Shown piece after piece: positions 18,892 to 29,771 of a stretch of 54,571 nucleotides of DNA (its first letter is position 1; each line of letters starts with the position of its first letter). The notes under the pieces were generated by a model. The model worked only from the letters and a program-made list of their open reading frames with translations, had not been told where the DNA came from and ran no database searches. This DNA comes from Trueperaceae bacterium. Its GTDB lineage: Bacteria; Deinococcota; Deinococci; Deinococcales; Trueperaceae. The stretch spans positions 1 to 54,571 of the forward strand of contig DASSXV010000027.1 in NCBI GenBank assembly GCA_035703635.1. Reading direction: 5' to 3'. The position numbers and the translations under genes are program-made.

Positions 18892-20421
18892 GTGAACAAG
18901 CTGCCGCTGATGATCGACCTGTCCGCGCCCGCCCTCACCACGGCCGAGCGCGAGTTCCTCGCAGAGGGGCGCGTGGCAGGCATCTGCCTGTTCGGGCGCA
19001 ACGTTATCGACCGCTATCAGCTCGCGGACTACCTGGCAGAGGTGCAGCAGGTGGCTGGCGGCGACCTGATCGTGGCCGTCGATCAGGAGGGCGGTGGTGT
19101 GCTGCGGCTGCTCGACGTGCCTTTCCCACCCCCGGCCATGGCGCTCGGCGCCGCAGACGACGTGGCGTTGACCGAGGCGGTCGCCGCCGCCACCGGCCGA
19201 GCGTTGGCGGCCGTTGGCATCAACCTCGACTTCGCGCCCGTCGCAGACGTCAACTCCAACCCACTCAACCCCGTGATCGCCGACCGGTCGTTCGGTGCGG
19301 ACCCGGCCCTCGTCGCCCGCCACGTCGCCGCCTTCGTGCGCGGCCTGCAGTCAGCCGGGGTGGGCGCCACCCTCAAGCACTTCCCTGGGCACGGAGACAC
19401 GAACCTCGACTCTCACCTCGCGCTGCCCGTAGTGGACCGCTCGCTAACTGAACTGCGGGCAACCGAGTTCGTGCCCTTCCGCGCTGGCATAGCTGCTGGC
19501 GCCGCCGCCGTCATGAGCGCCCACATCGTGCTCCCAAGCCTCGACCCTGACCTGCCTGCCACCCTCTCGCGCCGCGCGATGTACGGGCTGCTGAGGAACG
19601 AGCTCAGCTTCGACGGACTAAGCGTCACGGACGCCCTCGACATGCAAGCCATAGCCCAGCGCTACGACGCCGGCCGCGCCAGCGTCATGGCGTTGGCCGC
19701 GGGGGTCGACCTGCCCCTCACGCTCGGACCGATCGAGCAGCACCGGGCGACCGTCACAGCGATCGAGGCGGCCGTGGCATCCGGCACGCTAGGCAGAGGC
19801 GAGGTGGCCGTCGCCAGTGGGCGCATCGCTGCCTTCGTCAGCGCCTACCCAGCTAGTCCGAGTGGCGGCAACCTGGGCCCCGTCGAGGTCGCCGACCGCG
19901 CCACCATGGCCACCGCGACGAAGCGCGGGCTCGTCAGCATCGGCGCCTTGCCGCGCTTGCGGCCAGGTGACCGGGTAGCGTTGCTCGCTATGTCGGCCGT
20001 GCGCGCCAACGCCGCCAGCCAACTGAGCGCCAGGCCTGCGGACGCCCTCGTCGACGAGCTAACGCGCCGGGGCGCGCAGGTGCTACGCCACGACCTCCTC
20101 TGGGGCGAGGCGAACGACCCAACGCCGTGGCTAGGTGGGCTCGGCCTCGTGCCAGACGCCGTCATCTACGTCTCGACGAGCCGCACCCGCGTGGCGCCAG
20201 GCGAAGTGACCGCCGCACGCGCGGCGGCCGCGTGGGCGCGCCACGCGGGCGCAGCGTTCGGTCACGTTGCGCTCTGGAACCCGTACTCGACCGAACTCGT
20301 GCCTGGCCCTGCCCTGCTGGCATTCGGGTACCGCGGGACCGCCGCTGCCGCTGTAACCGACGTCCTCTTCGGTGAGGCTGCCACCGGCACGTTGCCCGTA
20401 CCGCTCCGGCCTGCGTCCTAG
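18892..20421 (+). CDS. nagZ: GH3 beta-N-acetylglucosaminidase, cytoplasmic, two-domain
   Basis: DQEGG, KHFPGHGDTNLDSH (NagZ His/Asp dyad), TDALDM nucleophile; no signal peptide. Confidence 0.9.
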   Translation: MNKLPLMIDLSAPALTTAEREFLAEGRVAGICLFGRNVIDRYQLADYLAEVQQVAGGDLIVAVDQEGGGVLRLLDVPFPPPAMALGAADDVALTEAVAAATGRALAAVGINLDFAPVADVNSNPLNPVIADRSFGADPALVARHVAAFVRGLQSAGVGATLKHFPGHGDTNLDSHLALPVVDRSLTELRATEFVPFRAGIAAGAAAVMSAHIVLPSLDPDLPATLSRRAMYGLLRNELSFDGLSVTDALDMQAIAQRYDAGRASVMALAAGVDLPLTLGPIEQHRATVTAIEAAVASGTLGRGEVAVASGRIAAFVSAYPASPSGGNLGPVEVADRATMATATKRGLVSIGALPRLRPGDRVALLAMSAVRANAASQLSARPADALVDELTRRGAQVLRHDLLWGEANDPTPWLGGLGLVPDAVIYVSTSRTRVAPGEVTAARAAAAWARHAGAAFGHVALWNPYSTELVPGPALLAFGYRGTAAAAVTDVLFGEAATGTLPVPLRPAS

Positions 20422-20534
20422 CGCACCGTGCTTCCCGAAGTCGCCCGGGAACCGCGCCTCTATTGACCCACTTGGCCGGGGCCTAGCCTCTCCCTCGGGC
20501 ATGCCTGACCAAGGCGCCCGGAAAGGGAGTGGCC

Positions 20535-21269
20535 ATGTCTGGGACTTGGCATTTGCGGCTGGTGTACGTGGTGGTGGTCTTTGCGGCGCTCATCGCACAG
20601 AGCAACGCGCAGCAGTACGTGAAGGACGCCCAGTTGGAGTACCAGCGCTCGCGGCTGATCGCCTACCGCATGGAGCGAGAGGCGCAGGGCCTGCTGGGTG
20701 GCGCTCTGCCAGTGGGCGAGTACTCGTGGACCATGGACTTGAGGTGCGTGACTCCTGAAGCGTGCGCCGTGGCGTTCGGGGCCCAGCTCCTGCCTGACGG
20801 GCAGGAAAGCTTCACCTTCGTGGCGCGCCTGCGGAGCGACGGTACGCGCATGCGCTACAGCGGCGCTTCCGTCGCCCGCGGCGCGGGGCGGGTGTCTCAG
20901 GACTTCGGTTGTGGCGTCCAGAGTAGCGACATCCAGGCCTCCCACATTCCAGTCGCTCCACCCGACCCGAACGCTGGCGCGGCAGGCGTGTGCATGTCGG
21001 AGGAGAGCGGAGAGGCGTTCATACGCGCCGTTCCCACCCACCCTCTGGCGGCTCTCGCGACGAAGCCCCTGCTATGGGTGAAACCAGAGGCGCCGAACCT
21101 CCTGGGGGCCAGCGGCGAAGCGTTCGTGGCCTGCCGGTGTGGGGCAGCCGTCGGCCTGGCTACGCCGACCATCGCGGCGCCAGACACCGTCTACGCGGAC
21201 TTCTACTCAGCTAGCGGCCAGCTCCCCGCCGGGGTGCTGCTGACGGTCAGTCTGGTGAAAGTGCAGTGA
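20535..21269 (+). CDS. Hypothetical exported Cys-containing protein
   Basis: Long ORF filling the gap; GGGAG RBS; hydrophobic N-terminus ending SNA-Q; six Cys; no family recognised. Confidence 0.6.
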   Translation: MSGTWHLRLVYVVVVFAALIAQSNAQQYVKDAQLEYQRSRLIAYRMEREAQGLLGGALPVGEYSWTMDLRCVTPEACAVAFGAQLLPDGQESFTFVARLRSDGTRMRYSGASVARGAGRVSQDFGCGVQSSDIQASHIPVAPPDPNAGAAGVCMSEESGEAFIRAVPTHPLAALATKPLLWVKPEAPNLLGASGEAFVACRCGAAVGLATPTIAAPDTVYADFYSASGQLPAGVLLTVSLVKVQ

Positions 21270-21481
21270 GGGCTCGCTGGCGCTGCCCCTTTGCTCTTGG
21301 GCAACGGTGACGGTTCCGCCTAGTGCGGGGCGCGCCGAGCCGCTAAACTGCCGCCGATAACTACGCTCAAGGGTGGTTCGGCGAGGGATGAGCCACCGCG
21401 GCGATGGTCGCCCCGCGAACGGGGAGTTCGCGTGCCGTGCATGGGCCAGCGCCTCGCCGCCACCCGACAGTGGAGGGCGCT

Positions 21482-23869
21482 ATGTCGGTCACGACCGTCA
21501 GCGGCCGCGCCAGAAGGGCGCATGGCCATGGCAATGAACACGGGGCGGGCCTAGGATCCGCAAGCAGGTTCGGGCGCCAGGGTCGCCTCACTCTGGCGGC
21601 AGCCGCGGCGGTGCTGCTTGGGGCGGCTGCATTTACTGCGTACCGTTTGACGCTGCCCACCGACGGCTGGGCCCTCAGGGGTAGCGTGGTGGCCCCCTCG
21701 TTCGGCAGCGACCTGCTACGCAGCGGCTCTGGCTTGCAGCCTGGCGATGTGCTGGTGGCCGTCGACGGCGTGCCCTACGTGGAGTTGGTTGGGAACGCAG
21801 TCGACGGCAATGCCTCTTCTCTCGACTATCGAGTGGGCGCCGTCACCACCTACACCGTGCTGCGCGACGGTGAACCGGTGGAGGTGCAAGTGCCGCTGGA
21901 GGGCTGGTCGCGTGCAGGGGTGCTGCGCGCGGCTTGGCTGACGCTCTCGAATACGCCGGTCGGTGGCCCGTACCGCTGGTTGACGTGGCTGCTCGCCGCG
22001 TACCTGTTCGCTCGCCGACCTAGGAACCTCGCCGTCGGGCTCCTCTTCATGCTGGAGTCGCTCACGGCCTCCATGGCCATAACTGCGCTAGTTGCGCCCG
22101 TGACCGTCGCCGATACCCTCTCGCCGGTCGTCTTCTACGCAGCACGGGTGTGGGGAGAACTGCTCGCCTGGCTCGTGCTGCCCCCGCTCGCACTTCACTT
22201 CCTGCTCGCGTTTCCGGACGCCAGACCCATAGCCAGAGGGGTGCTGCCGCTGATCTACGGTGCCCCATGGCTGGTGTTCGCACTTGTCTGGACGACGGGC
22301 ATGGCGGTGCTCGTACCCCTTTCGGGGGCGGCATACAGCGTGGCGAACATCGTGGCTGCGCTGGTGCTGGTGGCAAGGCATGGGAATGGCGCGGAGCGCG
22401 CGAGCGTGCGGTGGTTGGCTTTCGGCTTTGGCCTTAGCGGCGTATTCTCGCTGCTGTTCTGGGCAGGCCTCGCCGCACCCCTACTGCAGGGCATGGGCGT
22501 CCCGAGCGCCTTGTTCGAACACTGCGTCTGCGAACTCCTGTACGTCGCTTGCATCGCCATCGCGCTCTTGCGTCACCAACTGTTCGACATCGACGTCATC
22601 ATCCGCCGGACACTCGTCTTCCTTGGGCTCACCCTTGGCGTGATCGGCGTCTACGTTGTGCTGGTGAGCGGGGGCGGGCGGCTGGTCGGCGGTGGCGCAG
22701 ACGTGCCGCTCTCTCTCGCGGCCGCTGGCGTGCTGGCGCTGGCGTTCGATCCGTTGCGGGCGCGGTTGCAGCGCCTGGTGAACCGCCTGGTCTATGGTTA
22801 CCGCGACGAGCCGTACGTCGTGTTGCGCGATCTGGGCCGCTGGCTCGAGTCGCCCTCAGGGCCTAGCTCGGCGTTGCAGACGGCAGCTCGAGCGATAGGT
22901 GAGGCGCTGCGGCTGCCCCACGTGGCGGTGGAGGTGAACGGCACCACGCTCGCCTCGCACGGTGTGGCTGGAGCAACGTTTGAGCGGTTCGAGATGCTGC
23001 AATCCGGAGAACGACTCGGCGCCCTGGTGGTGTCGCCTCGCCGGGGGGAGGAGCGGCTGCCAGCAGTGGACAGCGGGCTCCTGCGCGTCCTCGCTGGCCA
23101 GGTGGCGCGGACCGTGCATGCGCTCTTGTTGCAGGCCGAGCTAGAGCGCTCTCGCCTTGCCAGCCTCAACGCACGCGAGGAGACCCGCAGGCGCCTCGGC
23201 AGCGACCTGCATGACGACGTCGGCAGCCGCTTGATTGACCTCGTGCGGCAGGCCGAGCGTGTCGGGCTGCAGATCGACGGAGATCCGGCCGGATCGAAGA
23301 GGTCACTTGAACATCTTGTGACCGACGTCAAGGTGCTTGCGTCGCGCGTCCGGACGCTCGCCCATCAGCTTCATCCGCCCGAGCTGGCGCTCCTAGGGTT
23401 GGTCGGCGCTGTCAGGGAGCGCCTCACCGCGCTTGGCGCCCGCCACGGGCTGCGGGTTCACCTTGAGGCTGACAACCTCGGGGAGTTACCAGCTGCGGTG
23501 GAACTGGGCGTCTACTCGATCGTCCAGGAGGCACTTACCAACGTGGTGAAGCATGCCGAGGCCACCGGCTGCAGCGTGCGCCTCAGCATGAGCGTGCCAG
23601 GCGGGCCTTCCGGCTACCCGCAGACTGCCCCCGACGCCGCCTCAGGCAGCTCTGCGCTCCTCGCCACCCCCAGCTTGAGTGGCGAGGTGAGCGACGACGG
23701 CGTGGGGCCGGGCCAGCACGAGGCCGCGGCGGGCCTTGGCATCGCCTCCATGCTCGCCCGGGTGCGCGAGCTTGGCGGCACCCTCAGCGTCGGCCGGGCG
23801 CCGGGCGGTGGCACCTTCGTTAGGTTCGCGGTGCCGCTACCGCTTCCGCCAGCGCGGGTGCCGGAATGA
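21482..23869 (+). CDS. Membrane sensor histidine kinase (PDZ-like, multi-TM, GAF-like, HisKA_3/HATPase)
   Basis: GLQPGDVLVAVDG (PDZ-like), DLHDDVG H-box, QEALTNVVKHA N-box, DDGVG, GLGIASM. GGAGG before ATG 21482. Confidence 0.9.
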   Translation: MSVTTVSGRARRAHGHGNEHGAGLGSASRFGRQGRLTLAAAAAVLLGAAAFTAYRLTLPTDGWALRGSVVAPSFGSDLLRSGSGLQPGDVLVAVDGVPYVELVGNAVDGNASSLDYRVGAVTTYTVLRDGEPVEVQVPLEGWSRAGVLRAAWLTLSNTPVGGPYRWLTWLLAAYLFARRPRNLAVGLLFMLESLTASMAITALVAPVTVADTLSPVVFYAARVWGELLAWLVLPPLALHFLLAFPDARPIARGVLPLIYGAPWLVFALVWTTGMAVLVPLSGAAYSVANIVAALVLVARHGNGAERASVRWLAFGFGLSGVFSLLFWAGLAAPLLQGMGVPSALFEHCVCELLYVACIAIALLRHQLFDIDVIIRRTLVFLGLTLGVIGVYVVLVSGGGRLVGGGADVPLSLAAAGVLALAFDPLRARLQRLVNRLVYGYRDEPYVVLRDLGRWLESPSGPSSALQTAARAIGEALRLPHVAVEVNGTTLASHGVAGATFERFEMLQSGERLGALVVSPRRGEERLPAVDSGLLRVLAGQVARTVHALLLQAELERSRLASLNAREETRRRLGSDLHDDVGSRLIDLVRQAERVGLQIDGDPAGSKRSLEHLVTDVKVLASRVRTLAHQLHPPELALLGLVGAVRERLTALGARHGLRVHLEADNLGELPAAVELGVYSIVQEALTNVVKHAEATGCSVRLSMSVPGGPSGYPQTAPDAASGSSALLATPSLSGEVSDDGVGPGQHEAAAGLGIASMLARVRELGGTLSVGRAPGGGTFVRFAVPLPLPPARVPE

Positions 23870-24537
23870 GCGAGAACATCAGGGTCCTCATCGCCGACGA
23901 CCAGGCCATCACGCGCAGCGGCCTGAAGGCGTTGCTGGCCGCCGCTGGCGGCATCGACATCGTGGGGGAGGCGAAGGACGGCGCAGAATGCCTCGCTCTC
24001 ACGGAGGAGACGCAGCCAGACGTAGTGCTCATGGACCTACGCATGCCCGTTCTCAACGGTATCGAGGCGACCCGCCGCATCCACCGCTCTCAGCCGCACG
24101 TAGGCATCCTGGTGCTCACGGTCTTCGCGGATGACACCTCGGTGTTCCCCGCCATCCGCGCCGGGGCGCGCGGTTACCTGCTCAAGGACGCTGCGGCCGA
24201 GGAACTGCGTCAGGCGGTGGAGACCGTCGCCCGCGGCGGCGCTATCTTCAGCCCTGGCATCGCCAGTACGGTAATGCACTACCTGAGCGTCAGCTCGCGC
24301 CCCGAGCCCGGCCCCGATTTCGAGGGGCTCACGGGCCGCGAGCGCGCCGTGCTCGAAGCGTTGGCCGAGGGGCTGACGAACGCCGAGATCGCTGAGCGCA
24401 TGGGGATAAGTAGCAAGACGGTAAGCAACAACGTGTCCAACATCTTGTCCAAGCTGCAGGCCGTAGACAGGGCGCGGCTGATGCTCATGGCCCTAGAGGC
24501 TGGCATGGGCAGGCGCGGCGACCGCAGTGGGGGCTGA
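23866..24537 (+). CDS. NarL/LuxR-family response regulator
   Basis: IADD, VLMDLRMP, GYLLKD, LuxR HTH (LTGRE...ISSKTV); ATGA overlap with the kinase. Confidence 0.95.
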   Translation: MSENIRVLIADDQAITRSGLKALLAAAGGIDIVGEAKDGAECLALTEETQPDVVLMDLRMPVLNGIEATRRIHRSQPHVGILVLTVFADDTSVFPAIRAGARGYLLKDAAAEELRQAVETVARGGAIFSPGIASTVMHYLSVSSRPEPGPDFEGLTGRERAVLEALAEGLTNAEIAERMGISSKTVSNNVSNILSKLQAVDRARLMLMALEAGMGRRGDRSGG

Positions 24538-24574
24538 AGTCGCTACGCCCCGCGGGTGCCTCGGTGTTGGGGTC

Positions 24575-25216
24575 CTATCCGGCCCGCACGTAACGCAAGT
24601 GCGTGGCGTCGGGCCCAGCGAGCACGGAACCGATCCTAAAGCGCGGTCCGGGCCCACTCAACCCTTCGAACAGGCGCCGCCCGCCGTTGAACAAGACCGG
24701 CGCCAGGGCGATCTCGAGCTCGTCGACGACGCCCATGTTCAGGTACTGCTGGATGACGTTCGCCCCACCAGAGATACGTACGTCGCGGTCGCCTGCGGCC
24801 TCGCGTGCCAGCTCTAGGGCGCGCCGCGGACCGTCGTTGACGAAGTAGAAGGTCGTGCCGCCCGGGCGCGCCCACGGTTCGCGCTTCTCGTGTGTCAGGA
24901 CGTAGACGGGCGTGTGGAACGGCGCTTCCTCGGGCCAGCTGCGTTCGCCTTGCTCGAACATGCGCTTGCCCATGACGCTGGCTCCGGAGCGCTCGAACGT
25001 CTCGCGGATCTCGTCGTTTACGGGGCCGGTCTCCCCGCCGGGTCCGAACTGGAGGTTCTCACGGAAGTACTGGCTGTTCAGCAGCCAGGTCATCAGCGCG
25101 CCCCAGTTGGCGCCCCAGTTCTTGTACTCGGGAGTCTCCCAGTGCTCGAGCGTCATGCCTTCAGGCGCCAGGTAGCCGTCGAGACTGAGCGCGATGTTCA
25201 CGAAGACTTTGGACAT
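24575..25216 (-). CDS. Dihydrofolate reductase-like (RibD C-terminal) protein
   Basis: SLDGYLA, VMGKRMF, ISGGANVIQQ, APVLFNGG. Confidence 0.88.
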   Translation of the reverse strand: MSKVFVNIALSLDGYLAPEGMTLEHWETPEYKNWGANWGALMTWLLNSQYFRENLQFGPGGETGPVNDEIRETFERSGASVMGKRMFEQGERSWPEEAPFHTPVYVLTHEKREPWARPGGTTFYFVNDGPRRALELAREAAGDRDVRISGGANVIQQYLNMGVVDELEIALAPVLFNGGRRLFEGLSGPGPRFRIGSVLAGPDATHLRYVRAG

Positions 25217-25261
25217 TGCCCCTCCGGTTGCTAGCTCGTCCTCCTAGGGCGCGAGCGGGCC

Positions 25262-27304
25262 TCACGAGCCCAGCTTAGTGCGCCTAAGCGTCATGGCGTT
25301 GATGGCGACCACCACGGTCGAGGCGCTCATCAGAACGGCGCCAGCCGCGGGGGAGAGCACGAAGCCAACCCCGACGAGCACGCCGGCGGCAAGCGGCAGC
25401 GCGATGGCGTTGTAGCCCGTCGCCCAGGCTAGGTTCTGCATCATCTTGCGGTAGGTCGCGCGCGAGAGCCGCAGGGCGGCGAGGACGTCGAGCGGGTCGT
25501 TCTCGACCAACACCAGGTCGGCGGATTCGATGGCGACGTTGGTGCCAGCGCCGATGGCGACGCCGAGGTCGGCAGCCAGTAGGGCGGGGGCGTCGTTGAT
25601 GCCGTCGCCAACGAAGGCGGTCGGCGCGCCCCGCTGCAGTTCACGCACTTTCTCCGCCTTCTCGCCTGGCAGCACGCGCGCGTAGTAACGCTCGATGCCG
25701 AGTTCGCTTGCCACCGTGCGCGCCACGGCCTCGGCGTCGCCCGTGATCATCACGGCCTCGACGCCGATCTTCTTGAGGGCGCGGATGGTGTCTGTGGCGC
25801 TCTGGCGCACGCGGTCGGCGAGCGCGATCAGGGCGATGGCGCGCTTCTCATCCATAAGCGCGATGACGCTCTCGCCCCGCGCCTCAGCCTCCTCGAGTCC
25901 GCGCCGCAAACCAGGCGCGAACTCCAGGCCCTGTTCCTCGATCCACTCTGGTCGGCCGACGGTGTAGCGGGCGCCGCCCACGCGGCCGCTTACGCCCTTG
26001 CCTGCCGCCACCTCGAACTCCTCGACTGGGGGAAGCCGTAGGTTGCGTCCTTGCGCGACCTCGACGACTGCTTGGGCGAGGGGGTGCTCGCTGCGCGCCT
26101 CGAGCGCGGCCGCCAACCGCAGCGCGTCGACTTCTGCCGTCTGGTCGGTGTAGGTCGCGCGGACGCCGAACTTGCCCTCGGTGAGGGTGCCGGTCTTGTC
26201 GAACGCGACGGTGCCGATGTCGCGGGCGCGCTCGAAGGCCTCGCGGTTACGCACCAGGATGCCGTTCTTCGCGCTCATGCCGGTGGCGTTGACGATCACG
26301 AGCGGGATGGCCAATCCGAGGGCGTGCGGGCACGCGGTGATCAGGACCGTGACCGTGCGGGTGATGGCCTGCTGCATATCGCCGGTTGCGACCAGCCACG
26401 CCACGAACGTGACGACGCCAGCGCCGACCGCGATGTAGAAGAGCCAGCCAGCGGCGCGGTCAGCGAGGTTCTGGAAGCGGCTGCGGGACGATCGCGCTTC
26501 GGCCACCAGGCGCTGGATCTGCGAGAGGGTCGTCTCGCCGCCAACGCGTGAGACCTCGACCGTCAACGCGCCTTCGCCGTTGACGGCGCCAGCCACCACC
26601 TCGCTACCTTCCACCTTGGGCACGGGCTGCGACTCGCCGGTGAGGAACGACTCGTTCACGCTGCTGCGGCCCTCTGTGATCACGCCATCGGCAGGGAGTT
26701 GCTCGCCTGGCCGCACAAGGATGCTGTCGCCGTGGCGGAGGTCGGAGACCTGCACTTCCGCCAGCTGGCCGTCGGTGACGCGGTGGGCGGTGGTTGGGAC
26801 GAGCGCCGCGAGGTGCTCGAGTGCCTTGGAGGCGCCCTGCACGCTGGCCATCTCCAGCCAATGCCCGAGGAGCATTATGACGATGAGGGTGGCGAGCTCC
26901 CAGAAGAACGGCATGCCTGGAGCGCCGAAGGCGACGGCCATGCTGTAGACGTAAGCCACGCTGATGGCCAGGCTGATCAGGGTCATCATGCCCGGCTGGC
27001 GGTCGGCAAGCTCGTGACGGGCGCCCTGCAGGAAGACCAGGCCACCGTAGACGAACAGGATGGTGCCGAGCACGGGATTGACCCACGCGGAGCCTGGGAA
27101 GCTGACGGCCTGGTAACCGAACCACGTTTGGAACTGTTGGCTGAAGTACAGGATCGGGATGGTCAGGGCCAGCGAGAGCCAGAAGCGGTCGCGGAACATC
27201 TCGGGGGAGTGCCCGGCGTGCTTGTCGTGCCCGGCGTGCGCGTCGTGGCCCTGGTGGCCACCGCCGTGGTCATGGTGCTCGTGGGCGTGTTCTGCTGGCG
27301 TCAT
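25262..27304 (-). CDS. copB: Copper-translocating P1B-3 ATPase (CopB-type)
   Basis: His-rich N-terminus, [28 protein letters not shown] and MSAS motifs. Confidence 0.9.
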   Translation of the reverse strand: MTPAEHAHEHHDHGGGHQGHDAHAGHDKHAGHSPEMFRDRFWLSLALTIPILYFSQQFQTWFGYQAVSFPGSAWVNPVLGTILFVYGGLVFLQGARHELADRQPGMMTLISLAISVAYVYSMAVAFGAPGMPFFWELATLIVIMLLGHWLEMASVQGASKALEHLAALVPTTAHRVTDGQLAEVQVSDLRHGDSILVRPGEQLPADGVITEGRSSVNESFLTGESQPVPKVEGSEVVAGAVNGEGALTVEVSRVGGETTLSQIQRLVAEARSSRSRFQNLADRAAGWLFYIAVGAGVVTFVAWLVATGDMQQAITRTVTVLITACPHALGLAIPLVIVNATGMSAKNGILVRNREAFERARDIGTVAFDKTGTLTEGKFGVRATYTDQTAEVDALRLAAALEARSEHPLAQAVVEVAQGRNLRLPPVEEFEVAAGKGVSGRVGGARYTVGRPEWIEEQGLEFAPGLRRGLEEAEARGESVIALMDEKRAIALIALADRVRQSATDTIRALKKIGVEAVMITGDAEAVARTVASELGIERYYARVLPGEKAEKVRELQRGAPTAFVGDGINDAPALLAADLGVAIGAGTNVAIESADLVLVENDPLDVLAALRLSRATYRKMMQNLAWATGYNAIALPLAAGVLVGVGFVLSPAAGAVLMSASTVVVAINAMTLRRTKLGS

Positions 27305-27308
27305 GCCA

Positions 27309-28547
27309 TCACCTCGTGGCGACGGCCGTCACGTTCTGCCTCAAGGCTAACGTCAGCGCCACGGCGGTGACGACCATGCTTATCGCGACTGCCGGCAGGA
27401 GCACCTGGTTACCCAAGACGTCCATCGCCCAACCGACGCTGGCTGGCGCCAAGATGGACGCGCCCGAGCCGAACAAGTAGTACATGCCAGTGTAGAAGCC
27501 AACGCGGTCGTCTCCGCCGCGGTTGACGACTAGCGGGTAGGCGGGCACCAGCACGAGCGCCCAGGAAGCGCCGCCCAACCCGAGCCAGATGGCGAGATTG
27601 GCGGGCGAGGCAACGAAGCTGGCGATGACGAGCCACAGGGCGAGTAGTAGTGCGCCGACGCGCATGGTGTTCATCTCACCCAAGCGCCGGGCAAGGCGCG
27701 CGGCCGGCAGTGCCATCACCACGAAGCCCGCGATGGTCACGCCCATGATCAGCCCGGCCCTTCCGCCCGTCAGCCCGAACTGTTCGGTTGCGAACGTGCT
27801 GAACTGCGCCTCGAGCGCCGAGTAGCCGAAGAACGCGAAGAACACGGCCGTCAGGATGAGCAGGATGCCGCCGGTGCGTTCACCTAGCAGGGCGCCAGCG
27901 TCGCGCAGGAGTGTGCCGATGAGCGGCGCATCGTCCTGGATGACGCCCTCCTCGACGTGATCAGGGTGAGGGGTGGTGGCCGCCCGCACTGCGAACAGCG
28001 CCGCCAGCGTCACGGCGCCCGCGACGGCGAACGGGAACCACATGGCCACGTCTGACAACGGCGCCAGGATGAGCAGGCCTAGTGCGCCACCTATGGCGCC
28101 GAGCATGGTGAGGACGGCGTTCGCGTGAGGCCGGCCGCTTGGAGCTACGTGGTCTGGCATCAGCGCGGCCAGCGGGGCGCGGAAGGCGGTCATGGCGAGG
28201 AGGAACAAGATATCGACCGCCATGAGCGTCCAGAACGCCGCCTTGGCGAACGGCAGCGCGGCGAAGAGGAGCGCCGCGAGGGGCATGCTCACCACGAGGA
28301 AAGGCAGGCGCCTGCCGAGCCGACCGTCGATCCGGTCTGACCACGCCCCGATGATGGGTACCAGGATCAGGCCTAGGACGTTGTCTATGCCCATGATGGC
28401 GCCGCGCATACCGCTCGAACTCACGAAGTCGCGCAGGAGGAGCGGCATGAAGATGTTGTAGAGCCCCCAGGTTATGGCGAGGCTGGCGGCGCCGACGCCA
28501 AGGCCGAGGAGCTGCCAACCGTTGAGCCCTAAGTACCTTCGGTTCAT
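27309..28547 (-). CDS. MFS transporter, SLC45/GPH-like sugar symporter
   Basis: About 12 hydrophobic segments; GAWSDR...GRRLPF, ALMPD. ATG 28547 overlaps the mrpG stop. Confidence 0.82.
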   Translation of the reverse strand: MNRRYLGLNGWQLLGLGVGAASLAITWGLYNIFMPLLLRDFVSSSGMRGAIMGIDNVLGLILVPIIGAWSDRIDGRLGRRLPFLVVSMPLAALLFAALPFAKAAFWTLMAVDILFLLAMTAFRAPLAALMPDHVAPSGRPHANAVLTMLGAIGGALGLLILAPLSDVAMWFPFAVAGAVTLAALFAVRAATTPHPDHVEEGVIQDDAPLIGTLLRDAGALLGERTGGILLILTAVFFAFFGYSALEAQFSTFATEQFGLTGGRAGLIMGVTIAGFVVMALPAARLARRLGEMNTMRVGALLLALWLVIASFVASPANLAIWLGLGGASWALVLVPAYPLVVNRGGDDRVGFYTGMYYLFGSGASILAPASVGWAMDVLGNQVLLPAVAISMVVTAVALTLALRQNVTAVATR

Positions 28548-28990
28548 GTGCTTGCTTCGTGAGGCGGCTCGTCGTCGACCGTGTGACGCGCGGCTTCCGC
28601 CCTGGCGGCCGCCAACTCGCTTGCCTTGCGCTGCCATTCGGCGTCCTCGCTACCTGGAACCGGTTGGCCAGCCAACGCCTTGGAGTGATCGCGCGACAGG
28701 GCGGCGCGGGCGAGGAGCATGCTGGCTACGGGGTTGACGAGCGGGATGAAGATCATGGGCAGCAGCGCTTTGAGCAGCAGGCGCCCCTCGACGAGCGAGA
28801 AGTAGAGCACGCACGCCGCGAGGATGCTGGTCGCGCCGAGCGTGGCAGCCAGTGTGGCTGGGTGCACGCGCTCGTAGAACGACCTGAACCGCAGCATGCC
28901 GAACGCGCCGACGAGCGCCAAGCTGGCCCCGAAGATGGCGAGCAGGACGACGATGATGGCGGCCCACACGGGCATGTCTGGAGCGATCAC
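28544..28990 (-). CDS. mrpG: Mrp/Pha cation:H+ antiporter subunit G
   Basis: GMLRFRSFYERVHPAT; operon position. Confidence 0.88.
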   Translation of the reverse strand: MIAPDMPVWAAIIVVLLAIFGASLALVGAFGMLRFRSFYERVHPATLAATLGATSILAACVLYFSLVEGRLLLKALLPMIFIPLVNPVASMLLARAALSRDHSKALAGQPVPGSEDAEWQRKASELAAARAEAARHTVDDEPPHEAST

Positions 28991-29271
28991 TCGATCACCT
29001 CGCCGCGCATGAGGAACTTGGCTAGCGCCGAGCTGCTCGTGAACCCTAGGAGGGTCATGACGATGGCGGCCTCGAGGTAGCCGGGGTCCGCGACGCGCAT
29101 GCCGAAGACGACGATCTGCAGGGCGGCGTTCAGGTACACGGCGTCGAAAGCGAGCACGCGGTCTTGCGCGCGCGGCCCCTTGACGAGGCGCGCCGCAGCC
29201 AGCACGAACGCCACCGCCAGCACGGCGTGCACCGCGAGGAGGCCCCAGTGCAGCACCGCCGAGCCCGTCAT
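28987..29271 (-). CDS. mrpF: Mrp/Pha antiporter subunit F
   Basis: GPRAQDRVLAFD...AKFLMRGEVIE; true start ATG 29271 overlaps the mrpE stop. Confidence 0.9.
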   Translation of the reverse strand: MTGSAVLHWGLLAVHAVLAVAFVLAAARLVKGPRAQDRVLAFDAVYLNAALQIVVFGMRVADPGYLEAAIVMTLLGFTSSSALAKFLMRGEVIE

Positions 29272-29771
29272 TCGAACACCGCGAGCAGGCGGCGCTCGTA
29301 CCGTTCCTTGATGGTGGAGATCCAGTACTCGTTGTCGACGAGGTCTAGGACGTGGATGGTGACGACGTGCGTGCGCGCGTCGTATGCCGCCCAGAACGTG
29401 CCTGGGGTGGCGGTGATTATCGTCGCGAGGGCAGCGAGGGCGTGCGGGCTGCGGATGTCGAGCGGGATGTTGACGAAGCCGGAGTGGAAGTCCTTGCGGC
29501 GGCGGTTGAGCGTCAACGCCACGAGCGCGAAGTTGGAACGCACGACGTCGTACGTGGCCACGAAGAAGAGCCCGACGGCCGTCAGTGGGCGCTTGAAGTT
29601 CGGCGGCGTCTGGTCGAGCGCTTGCATGGTGCGCGAGAGAAGCAGGCCGAGCACCAACCCGGTCGCCACGTCGAGTGGCGCGAGCGACTCCTGCAGCAGC
29701 AGCCACAAGAGGGCGAGGAACACCGCAAGGATCGGGTGGGGAATCAAGCGCCGCAGCACGTTAATGCTCAC
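29268..29771 (-). CDS. mrpE: Mrp/Pha antiporter subunit E
   Basis: DVVRSN, ITATPGT, HVLD, IKERYERRL. Confidence 0.9.
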   Translation of the reverse strand: MSINVLRRLIPHPILAVFLALLWLLLQESLAPLDVATGLVLGLLLSRTMQALDQTPPNFKRPLTAVGLFFVATYDVVRSNFALVALTLNRRRKDFHSGFVNIPLDIRSPHALAALATIITATPGTFWAAYDARTHVVTIHVLDLVDNEYWISTIKERYERRLLAVFE

